Assembly: GCA_044440125.1 (NCBI GenBank)
Contig: JBITAJ010000018.1
Location: forward strand, 96,001 to 160,000
Reading direction: 5' to 3'
DNA from: Sedimentisphaeraceae bacterium JB056
Lineage (GTDB): Bacteria > Planctomycetota > Phycisphaerae > Sedimentisphaerales > Sedimentisphaeraceae
DNA: 64,000 nt
Numbering within the stretch: the first letter of the stretch is position 1; the number at the start of each line of letters is the position of its first letter. The notes under the pieces were generated by a model. That model saw only the letters and a program-made list of their open reading frames with translations, ran no database searches and was not told the DNA's origin. This document shows positions 1 through 8,709 of the stretch, piece after piece. The translations under genes and the position numbers were made by a program.

Positions 1-1181
1 CTTTTGAATATCTTGAAGGAAGGTTTGGGCATTTAATACGTCTTTACGCTTCTTTAAGTTTTATTGTCTTGCAGCTTCTCAGGCTAAGTACGGTTCTTTA
101 TCTTGTATCAATACCTATTTCGATTTTGACAGGTCAGTCTATAATACTTGTCGTAATAGTTGGTGGTGTATTCATTGGCTTCTACACCGTGCTTGGAGGT
201 TTCGAAGCTGTTATCTGGACGGATGTTGTTCAGACACTTATTCTGCTTCTCGGCGGCATACTTTGTTTTATTTCAATAATGACCGCTCTTCCTGAAGGTT
301 TGCCGCAGATATTTGAAATAGGCCGAGAATACGATAAATTCAGCATAGGTCCGATTGAATGGGGTCTCAACCAGAGAACGTTCTTTGTTATGGCAATCAT
401 GGGGCTTATAAGTTTCACTACAGAATATTCAAGCAATCAGAATGTTATACAACGATATCTTGCCGCAAAAACAATGAAAGAAGCGAGAAAGGCAACTTTG
501 TTGTGTGCGGTTATGAGTGTTCCGATGTGGCTGTTGTTTTTCTTTCTCGGTACATGTCTGTTTGTTTACTATAAGGTTTACCCTTCACAGGCAGTGACTG
601 AGATGAATGCTGACCAGATATTGCCTTATTTTATACTCACGAAGATTCCGGCAGGTGTGGCCGGTCTTATAGTAGCGGCTTGTCTGGCGGCAGCGATGTC
701 TTCGCTTGATTCGTCGATAAATTCAATCGCTACGATATTTACAGTTGACGTTCTTAAGCGTTACCTTGCGAAAAATGCCGATGATGCTTATTATCTTGCA
801 AAGGCTAAATTGGTTTCTATGGCTGCCGGTGTTCTGATGATTCTCGGTGCAATTGCCTTTGACAACATACCTCGTGAAAGCATGGTTGATTTAGGTTTTA
901 TACTTAACTCGGTGTTTGGCGGTTGTGTGCTTGGAATTTATATGCTTGGTTTCTTTGCTAAAAGAGTTGGTTATAAAGCCATACTTATCGGAACTGCTTC
1001 AGCTATAATTGTTAATATTTATCTGATGATGAATTATTTCGGTTGGCTGCCGCAGACGTTAAGTGTAAATGTACATGCTTATGCTACGGTGCTTATTGTT
1101 AATGCCGTTCTTATTGTGGTTTCATTGCTTGTCTCTTTTATCTCATCTCCTGAGAGTGAGATTGAATTAGCGGCAGCTTGA
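1..1181 (+). CDS. Sodium:solute symporter (SSS family), 5'-truncated by the window edge
   Basis: Frame is open from nt 3 (FEYLEGRFG...). Has SSS motifs YTVLGGFEAVIWTDVVQ, QNVIQRYLAAK and AAAMSSLDSSINS, and many TM segments. Confidence 0.92.
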   Translation, partial: FEYLEGRFGHLIRLYASLSFIVLQLLRLSTVLYLVSIPISILTGQSIILVVIVGGVFIGFYTVLGGFEAVIWTDVVQTLILLLGGILCFISIMTALPEGLPQIFEIGREYDKFSIGPIEWGLNQRTFFVMAIMGLISFTTEYSSNQNVIQRYLAAKTMKEARKATLLCAVMSVPMWLLFFFLGTCLFVYYKVYPSQAVTEMNADQILPYFILTKIPAGVAGLIVAACLAAAMSSLDSSINSIATIFTVDVLKRYLAKNADDAYYLAKAKLVSMAAGVLMILGAIAFDNIPRESMVDLGFILNSVFGGCVLGIYMLGFFAKRVGYKAILIGTASAIIVNIYLMMNYFGWLPQTLSVNVHAYATVLIVNAVLIVVSLLVSFISSPESEIELAAA

Positions 1182-1221
1182 TAATTATTCGATATATAAA
1201 AAATGACGAAATGGAGTTTTT

Positions 1222-2166
1222 ATGCTTTGCGAAAAGAAATATATAGTTGAGAGATACAAGGGCAATCCTATTCTGACAAAGGATGATTTTCCGAATGACA
1301 TTGTTTCTGTTTTCAACAGTTGTGTTGTAAAGAAAAGTGATAATGAATACGTGATGGTTTGCCGTTGTGAGGATTCATCATTCGGCAGATATATGTGGGT
1401 TGCAGACAGCACTGACGGAATAAAATTTACTCCGCGTCCAAAACCTCTTGCTATGCCTACTGATAATCCGATTTTCAATCAGTATGTTCATCCTACCAAA
1501 TCCTATTGGGATCCTCGCATTACAAAAATTGAAGATCAGTATTATATCGTTCATGCCGCTGATGTTACCAATGGTGCAAGTTGCCAGATAGGTCTGTTCA
1601 AGATTGATGATAATTTTGAGAAACTCGACTGGATGGGAATTATCAGTGAACCGGATAACCGCAACGGCTTATTGTTTCCAGAAAAGATAAGCGGTCTTTA
1701 TTATCGTCTTGACCGTCCAAACGATAACGGCGGGTTTGATATCTGGTGTTGTTCAAGTCCGGACTTGGTTCACTGGGGCAATCCAAGACGCGTACTTGAT
1801 AAGAGTCCTCTGGGCTGGGGTGAAAAGAAAATCGGTCCCGGTGCTGTGCCTATCAAAACAGATAAAGGCTGGCTGTGTCTTATTCACGGCGTGAGAAGAC
1901 AATGCACCGATGAAGTTTACAGTATCGGTGTGATGCTTCTTGATCTGGAAGATCCATCAAGAGTTGTCGGTGTAAGTAAGAGGGCGATAATAGCCCCTGA
2001 AGAGCCTTATGAACTGATGGGACAAAGCATGAATGTCGTGTTTACCAACGGTGCAGTACTTGAAGATGACGGCACAGTGAAAATCTACTACGGCGGAGCA
2101 GATCAGGTGCAGTGTCTGGCAACAGCAAAACTCGATGACCTTATCTACTCATGCCTGAATGAGTAA
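1222..2166 (+). CDS. GH130 beta-mannoside phosphorylase-like protein
   Basis: Motifs RYKGNPIL, VFNS, DPRI (catalytic Asp), NRNGLLFPEK, LDRP, KIGPG, IHG, NVVF and IYYGGAD. The basic phosphate-binding residues typical of GH130 phosphorylases appear retained. Confidence 0.88.
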   Translation: MLCEKKYIVERYKGNPILTKDDFPNDIVSVFNSCVVKKSDNEYVMVCRCEDSSFGRYMWVADSTDGIKFTPRPKPLAMPTDNPIFNQYVHPTKSYWDPRITKIEDQYYIVHAADVTNGASCQIGLFKIDDNFEKLDWMGIISEPDNRNGLLFPEKISGLYYRLDRPNDNGGFDIWCCSSPDLVHWGNPRRVLDKSPLGWGEKKIGPGAVPIKTDKGWLCLIHGVRRQCTDEVYSIGVMLLDLEDPSRVVGVSKRAIIAPEEPYELMGQSMNVVFTNGAVLEDDGTVKIYYGGADQVQCLATAKLDDLIYSCLNE

Positions 2167-2275
2167 AAGTATATAATTTTGAATTTTAAGATAATACCGA
2201 TAAAATGTTTACGCTGAATATTGAGAATGATTGGAAGCGTTTAAATTTCTTGTCGGTGAATTAAGAAAGACTGCT

Positions 2276-5200
2276 ATGAATAGAAAAATGTTTTTAACAA
2301 TTTTGATGTTTTTATTCACTGCAGCAGGGTTTGTTTTTGCCCTGCCTGTTTCAGATGTGTTGAATGATGGGCAGGGTGATTTTGATCCATGGAATCAGAC
2401 TCGGTGGTCTGCCTGGTATGAAAACGGCAAAATCGTTCATTATTTTGAAATCGACTGCTCTCTAACATTTGCATCCCGAACAACTGACTGGGAAGTTGAT
2501 CTTTCAGAGCTTGAAGGTTCGTTGCCAAGATTATTTATAATAGATGATAATGAGTCTATTATAATCAATGGTAATGGTGTTGTTATTGATGCGAGATTGG
2601 AGCATACAAAGTCATGGTCTTTACAGTATCTATATACTAACTATGTGAGTACAACTGAAGATTTTGGCTCATGGCGTGCATTCCTATTCAGACAGAATGG
2701 AGATACCCCCGAAGGTGATGAAGGCTCTTTGCTTTATGATATAACGCTTAAAGGTTTTCTTAATGCGATAGAATATGATCATTCTCATAACAGGAAGGTG
2801 ACAATAAACAACTGTAATCTGATAAGAAATGTATGGGGTGTATTCCCGAGAGGAGCCAATGGCAGTGTTACAAACTGTACATTGAGTGAAAACCATCTTG
2901 GCGGGTTTTATTGTGAATATAATTCCCATAACTGGACGATAAGTAATAATACGTTTAAAGATAACAATATAAGAGGTGCGGTCTCTTATGGTGATATAGT
3001 TCTTGACGCCTGTTACGGCAATACTATATCAGACAACCAGTTTCTTGCTTCTTCATATACGCCCAGAGATTATCATACTGCAATCTCTCTTTACCGTAAT
3101 AGAGGTGAAAGTGGAGATATTCGTGAATATGCAAGTAAAGATCATGTTATGGAGCGTAATACTTTCGACTCCTATCATATCGCGATAGATTTCAGTCCAA
3201 GAGAAGCGATGGAAGGCAATAACGATCAGTCAGGTGAATATAGATGCTATACAAATGATAATACAGTTAAGGATTGTACTTTTACTGATTGTAATATAGG
3301 AATCTGTGTTCGCAGTCATTTCAATATCTTTGACAGCAATACGTTCACGAATGTTGAAAAAGATATTGTTCTGTTCAATTTGTTTTATAAGCTGATAAAT
3401 AATGCTATTACAAATCAGCCTGGTACTAATGTTTATTTGTGGTCTAAAGCAAGTGATTATTCAGGCTATGAAGATTATGTCCCTTACGGTATGGGAGTAG
3501 GCAGTGCAATTGGTGAGTCAGATAAATTGTATTTCATTATTTCTGACGGTAGTGCTGCGATTAATGGCGGTGATCTGGAGCAAGTGATAGTTTCTGATTC
3601 TCTACTTATACCTGATCCTGGAGATTTTAATGAGGATATGGCAATAGATGAAACCGATCTTGAGAGTTTCTGCAGTTATTGGCTCAACGAAGATTGTGTT
3701 AATAGTCCGCAATGTGTGTTTGCTGATATTGACAAAAATAATTTGATAAATATTTTTGATTATTCAAATTTTGCAGGCAGATGGGGACTTGGCAATGATT
3801 TGCAAAATGCTTATTCCGCAGGAGGTGAACCTGTTGATGTTGCAGTTGGTGATTTTGCTTATTATCTTGAAGGAGATGAAATTGCTGTAATATGGGATCA
3901 GCCTATATCAGATATCAATGGCACTGAATATTATTCTATTATAATTTACGATGCAAAGGGACTTGAACTTGACAGGTGCGGCAGATCAACAAAAAGATGG
4001 TCGAAAATTGCTGCCGGTAATTTTATAGAAGACACAGGATATATTCAGGTTGATGAGAATTATGAAATTGCCGCGGTTTCTTCGGAGGCAGATGAAAACG
4101 GTTACTACCCTGTGTATGTTTTTCGTAAAGGTTGGCTTGATCCTTCTGTGAGTATGCTTACTTCAAATATCTATCCGGTCGCAGATATTACATCGGGTAA
4201 TTTTGAAACATCTATTGATGATTATGATGAGCTTGCCGTTATATTTGCAAATACAGATACTAATATTGAATTTGTCAAACCTTCTTCGACCCAATGGAGC
4301 AGTCAAACGACAAACAGCGTTTTTCTTAACTCTATAGCTGCCGGTAATTTTGATTGGATAACGGGTGTTGATGAAGTGGCTGCTGACTTGAGAGCCGATC
4401 CTTCTACAAAACTTGTAGCAGCGTGGGATTTTGAAGATACTCTCGGCGGTGTGCTTAAAGATAAAGCGCCTGCCGGTGATGCGGCTGATGATCTTGAGAT
4501 TTTAGGACAGATTGCCATAGCAGATGGTGTTGCTACAATCAGTTATCAAAATCAGGCGGCTTTGAGGGCTGCTGATTCACAGGACCTTGATTTGAAAAAG
4601 AGCTTTACTATATGGGTAAGGGCTAAGGTTGTAAATGAACCTGTTGGTTATGTGTCGCTGGTTGATAAAAGACAGTTTTCATCACCTGAGCAGAGATCTT
4701 ATGTGTTCCTTATCAATCATCCATCGACTACAGCGAGTGGTTCTGTACCGGGATTCTTTGGTATTGGAGGACAGATAAGTGAGGATGGAGATAATGGAGA
4801 TAATTCCTTTGCAGATACTGACGGCAGCGAAATGATTCAGACAGGAGTGATGGTTGAATTGGTAATGCTGTGTGAGGCGAGAGGCGATCTTCATGTGAAG
4901 TGGCTTGCTTCTACTGTATCTGATCCTTCGGATTCTTCGCAGTGGCAGGTTGTTAATGAAGAGACTTACAATGAAAATGTTGAGTCTATTTTCAACAGCA
5001 GTGTTGATCTTTATATCGGTAATAATCTCAATCTTGATAATCCTCTGGCAACTATTGATTATGATGAGGTGAGGATTTATAATGACGCCTTGACTGTTGA
5101 AGAGCTTGCTGATATAGAGCCGTCTCAGCCGCAGAATGTTGCAATTACTTCTTATCCGATTTATATGTATAAAGTTGGAGCAAGCGGAAGTTACGGTGTT

Positions 5201-5605
5201 ACGGCTTCGGCGAATGATATTCCTCTGGCAGCAGTAAGCGGCGGCAATTTTGATGGCGGAGGATTGCCAAAAGATGAGATAGCCGTAGCAGCGGCAGTTG
5301 CCGAAGACGGTGTGTATCCGATCAGGTATTATTCTGCGGGTGCTTCAAGCCCGTTTAAGGTAGGTTCTTATAACGCAATGAATATAAAGCCGTTAGCGTT
5401 TGATAATGGTGATTTTACTGTGAGTGAAGAATTGACTGTATATGAAAGCTGTCAGGGAGAAGATTGTGATACTGTAAACAGTTGGGGAGATTTCCTTCTT
5501 GTGTTTCCCTCAAACCCGGAAATTGATTCCTACAGACCGCTCTATTGGCTTAATTGCAATACATCTTCGAGTACATACCATAGAACAGTTCCGGTCTTAA
5601 GATAA
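2276..5605 (+). CDS. Secreted multidomain protein: signal peptide, right-handed beta-helix, dockerin-like EF-hand pair, FG-GAP-like propeller with inserted LamG domain
   Basis: Start taken at ATG 2276 (MNRKMFLTIL...VFA signal). Parallel beta-helix repeats (TINNCNL, TISNNTF, TISDNQF); GDFNEDMAIDETDL...WL / ADIDKNNLINIFDY...W; repeated A-G-[DN]-F...DE-I-A; LVAAWDFE...DEVRIYNDALT. Confidence 0.75.
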   Translation: MNRKMFLTILMFLFTAAGFVFALPVSDVLNDGQGDFDPWNQTRWSAWYENGKIVHYFEIDCSLTFASRTTDWEVDLSELEGSLPRLFIIDDNESIIINGNGVVIDARLEHTKSWSLQYLYTNYVSTTEDFGSWRAFLFRQNGDTPEGDEGSLLYDITLKGFLNAIEYDHSHNRKVTINNCNLIRNVWGVFPRGANGSVTNCTLSENHLGGFYCEYNSHNWTISNNTFKDNNIRGAVSYGDIVLDACYGNTISDNQFLASSYTPRDYHTAISLYRNRGESGDIREYASKDHVMERNTFDSYHIAIDFSPREAMEGNNDQSGEYRCYTNDNTVKDCTFTDCNIGICVRSHFNIFDSNTFTNVEKDIVLFNLFYKLINNAITNQPGTNVYLWSKASDYSGYEDYVPYGMGVGSAIGESDKLYFIISDGSAAINGGDLEQVIVSDSLLIPDPGDFNEDMAIDETDLESFCSYWLNEDCVNSPQCVFADIDKNNLINIFDYSNFAGRWGLGNDLQNAYSAGGEPVDVAVGDFAYYLEGDEIAVIWDQPISDINGTEYYSIIIYDAKGLELDRCGRSTKRWSKIAAGNFIEDTGYIQVDENYEIAAVSSEADENGYYPVYVFRKGWLDPSVSMLTSNIYPVADITSGNFETSIDDYDELAVIFANTDTNIEFVKPSSTQWSSQTTNSVFLNSIAAGNFDWITGVDEVAADLRADPSTKLVAAWDFEDTLGGVLKDKAPAGDAADDLEILGQIAIADGVATISYQNQAALRAADSQDLDLKKSFTIWVRAKVVNEPVGYVSLVDKRQFSSPEQRSYVFLINHPSTTASGSVPGFFGIGGQISEDGDNGDNSFADTDGSEMIQTGVMVELVMLCEARGDLHVKWLASTVSDPSDSSQWQVVNEETYNENVESIFNSSVDLYIGNNLNLDNPLATIDYDEVRIYNDALTVEELADIEPSQPQNVAITSYPIYMYKVGASGSYGVTASANDIPLAAVSGGNFDGGGLPKDEIAVAAAVAEDGVYPIRYYSAGASSPFKVGSYNAMNIKPLAFDNGDFTVSEELTVYESCQGEDCDTVNSWGDFLLVFPSNPEIDSYRPLYWLNCNTSSSTYHRTVPVLR

Positions 5606-5619
5606 ATTATAAATAGATA

Positions 5620-5655
5620 TTTGCCGCTATGGAGGTTTGGTTTTCATGCGGCAAA
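5620..5655 (+). other. Strong intergenic stem-loop without a U-tract (possible mRNA stabiliser or attenuator)
   Basis: TTTGCCGC...GCGGCAAA inverted repeat 15 nt after the stop codon at 5605. Confidence 0.5.
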
Positions 5656-5850
5656 GAGTGGCCATTCTATAACAGATGTCTTTGGTTCCTGATTTCAATC
5701 ATGGTTCTTGCGGCATCGTCATGCTAAAAGCTGTCAGATAGCAGGTTTTCTGTTTCGATAAACAGATTACTACAGATGAAGTGCGCTTTGTTGTTTAGTG
5801 GGTATTATATACCCGGTTGGATTATTAAATTTAATGTTAAGGAGATTGCT

Positions 5851-7881
5851 ATGTTTAAGAAAAATAGCTTATGCGCCTGTATATTTTTATTGCTGCTTTC
5901 GATTCATGTCTATGCTCAGCGAATTATTACAGAATCTTTTGACTACTCCCTTGGTGCCTTGAATTCCTGCAGTGGCGGAAGCGGTTGGAGCGGTAGTTGG
6001 TCTGAGAATGATGCGGATGGTGATGCTACTGTCGTTTCAGGACTTACCTTTACCGATTATCCTGTTTTTGGCAATGCTGCCCAAATACAAATGACTGACA
6101 CCAGCGGCACTTATAAGTCAACAATTGCCGCAAGATATGTTGGGGCAAGCATTCCATCCTGGGCAGATGATTTATGGGTGAGTTTTCTTTACAAACAGCC
6201 CGGTGCACCATTGGCGGCTAATGCCGGAAGGATGGCTGAGATTCGTTGTGAAGATCTGACTTTCAGAATGAGGGCTAAAAACAGTGATTCACAGGGAATT
6301 GCCGTGGGGTATGATAATATTACAACAGCCAATGGATCTGTCAGTATACAGGATGGTGAAACATATATGATTATCACCAAGTTTGAAGATGTTGGACAAT
6401 CCAGCGGCGGCAGTGCAAAGATGTGGGTACTTGATGAAACTGACTATGATAATATAAAGAGCGGCGGAATCACAGAAACCGAACTTGATAACAATAAGGT
6501 TATGTCTGCTGTAGATGCTCACTCTGAGCAGACCTTCGGTACTACTGATCGTATATTGCTGATGGTTTATGATAATTCCGGTACTGATTTTGCTGCGGTA
6601 TTTGATGAGCTGAAATATGGGACATCTCTTGAAGATGTGGCTTTACCTAAAGTTTCCGATGTGCTCGAATATTACAATAGTGATTTCGATCCATGGACAG
6701 CATCAAAGTGGGACAGTTGGTATGAAGATGGTGATATTGTCAGGTCTTTTGATCTTGATACATCGCTTACTTTTGCTACGCGAACAGGTGCGTGGGAAGT
6801 TGATCTTTCCGGTTTGGCAGATATGAAAAGACTTTTTACTATTACCAATAATTCTAATTACGATATAAACGGAAATAACATTACTATTGATGCCAGAAAG
6901 GATTATACCAGAAGCTGGAGTACTTACTATTATTATAATCCGTCCAATGGCGTTAGCACTTCGACAGATTTTGGTGAATGGGTTGGATTCCATATAAGAC
7001 AATCAGGTACAACGATAACTGCCGGAGCCAAGATACGAGATATTACCCTGATGGGATTTCTTAATGGTATCAGTTTTGATCACAGCCACCAGAGAACATT
7101 CACCGTTGATAACTGTACATTTTCCACAAATGTATGGGGTGTATTTCCGCGAGGTGCTAATGTGAGTATTGAGAATTGTACGTTTGCCAATAACTGGCTT
7201 GGCGGAGCTTATTGTGAATACAACTCTCATAATTACACCTTTGATACTTGCTGTTTCTATGATAATAATATAAGAGGTGCTGACAGCTACGCTGACATAG
7301 TAATAGATGCCTGCTATGACTATACTATTACCGGCAACGATTTTGACAGCCCGTCATATTACACGCGTGATTATCAACCTGCGATTTCATTCTATCGCAA
7401 CAGGGGCGAGGGCAGTGATATACGTGAGCATCATGCACATGATGTGACGGTATATGATAATTATATTGAAGGCAGATATCTTGCGGTTGATATCAGTGCA
7501 AGACAAGGCAGTGACAGCTTGAATGATGTTTCTGATGAGGCCAGATGTTATGTGTCCAACAATACTCTGGAAGCGAATTATTTCAAGGATTGCACTATTG
7601 GTGTAAAAATCGCTTCAAATAACAATCTGGTTGATAACAACACCTTTGATAATGTTGAGCGTGAGATAGTTCTCCACTGTGTTTTCTATAGTCTTATTGG
7701 TAATGAGATAAGAAATCAAAGCGGTGATACGGCATGGGTATGGAAAGTTGAATCAGATTATTCAGCAGATTATGGCGACTATCTACCTTATCTGAATGGT
7801 CTTGGCGATAGTATTGGAGAAGAAGAGAAATTCATACATGTCATTGCTTCAACCAATCCGCCGTATTTCATTATGCCGTAA
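5851..7881 (+). CDS. Secreted protein: signal peptide + module A (lectin-like beta-sandwich) + right-handed beta-helix paralogous to 2276-5605
   Basis: AAGGAGA RBS precedes ATG 5851. Module A is ESFDY...FDELKYGTSLEDVA. It is followed by LPKVSDVL...DFDPW, matching the mature N-terminus of the upstream protein; shared DHSH, NVWGVFPRGAN, CEYNSHN and YRNRGE motifs. Confidence 0.75.
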   Translation: MFKKNSLCACIFLLLLSIHVYAQRIITESFDYSLGALNSCSGGSGWSGSWSENDADGDATVVSGLTFTDYPVFGNAAQIQMTDTSGTYKSTIAARYVGASIPSWADDLWVSFLYKQPGAPLAANAGRMAEIRCEDLTFRMRAKNSDSQGIAVGYDNITTANGSVSIQDGETYMIITKFEDVGQSSGGSAKMWVLDETDYDNIKSGGITETELDNNKVMSAVDAHSEQTFGTTDRILLMVYDNSGTDFAAVFDELKYGTSLEDVALPKVSDVLEYYNSDFDPWTASKWDSWYEDGDIVRSFDLDTSLTFATRTGAWEVDLSGLADMKRLFTITNNSNYDINGNNITIDARKDYTRSWSTYYYYNPSNGVSTSTDFGEWVGFHIRQSGTTITAGAKIRDITLMGFLNGISFDHSHQRTFTVDNCTFSTNVWGVFPRGANVSIENCTFANNWLGGAYCEYNSHNYTFDTCCFYDNNIRGADSYADIVIDACYDYTITGNDFDSPSYYTRDYQPAISFYRNRGEGSDIREHHAHDVTVYDNYIEGRYLAVDISARQGSDSLNDVSDEARCYVSNNTLEANYFKDCTIGVKIASNNNLVDNNTFDNVEREIVLHCVFYSLIGNEIRNQSGDTAWVWKVESDYSADYGDYLPYLNGLGDSIGEEEKFIHVIASTNPPYFIMP

Positions 7882-8709
7882 TTTGAACAGATTATAAATC
7901 ATATATGGAGAATAATTATGAATAACAAAATATATTTAACGATATTAATTTGTCTATGTGTGTTAGCATCCGGTGTTTTTGCACAGATGCTGCTTGTGGA
8001 ATCTTTCGATTATGAAAGCGGCTATCTTAATTCCTGTAACGGCGGTGCCGGTTGGAATGGTGCATGGGTTGAGAACGACTCCGATGGTGATGCTTATGTT
8101 GTTGATGGACTTACGTTCTCAGACTATTCGGTTTCTGGTAATGCAGCTGAGATACAGATGACTGATACCAGCGGGAGTTTTAAATCAACGATAGCAGCGA
8201 GATATGTGGGAGTGGATTTCCCATCTTCAGCGGATGATCTATGGGTTAGTTTTCTGTATAAACAGCCAGGTGCGCCATTGGCGGCAAACGCCGGAAGAAT
8301 GGCAGAAGTTCGCTGTGAAGACCTGACATTCAGAATGCGTGCCAAAAACAGTGATTCGCAGGGGATAGCAGTTGGTTACGATAATATTACAACTGCAAAT
8401 GGTACCGTGAGTATTCAGGACGGCAATACCTATCTGATAATTACTAAGTTTGAAGATGTGGGTGACGCAAGCGGCGGCAGCGCAAAAATGTGGGTTATAA
8501 ATGAAACTGGCTACGATAATATCAAAAGCGGTGGTATTACAGAGACAGAGCTCGACAACAACAAGGTTATGTCTGCCGTTGATGCTCATTCACAGCAGAT
8601 ATTCGGAACAACCGAACGTGTTCTACTGATGGTTTATGATAATTCCGGTACTGATTTTTCTGGTATTTTTGATGAACTGAAGTATGGTACCACTTTGGCA
8701 GATGTGGCA
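5932..8709 (+). repeat. Direct repeat of the 237-codon module A: 5932-6642 and 7999-8709
   Basis: Gap-free alignment at constant offset 2067 nt. Manual count gives 39 of 237 aa different (~84% identity), with many synonymous changes. Confidence 0.92.

Noticed and set aside
5640..5770. c-di-GMP-I riboswitch suggested by GGCAAA and CTAA...GATAGC
   Set aside because: The GNRA-capped P2 and GACGCAAA elements cannot be placed. Kept only as an unexplained structured region.
7860..7920. Frameshift or read-through joining genes 2 and 3
   Set aside because: Gene 3 has its own GGAGA RBS, ATG and signal peptide, and further in-frame stops follow the TAA.
5932..8709. Module A repeat as a diversity-generating retroelement TR/VR pair or an assembly duplication
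   Set aside because: Differences are mostly synonymous and not adenine-specific, both copies are coding, no reverse transcriptase is present, and the copies are too diverged for an assembly artefact.
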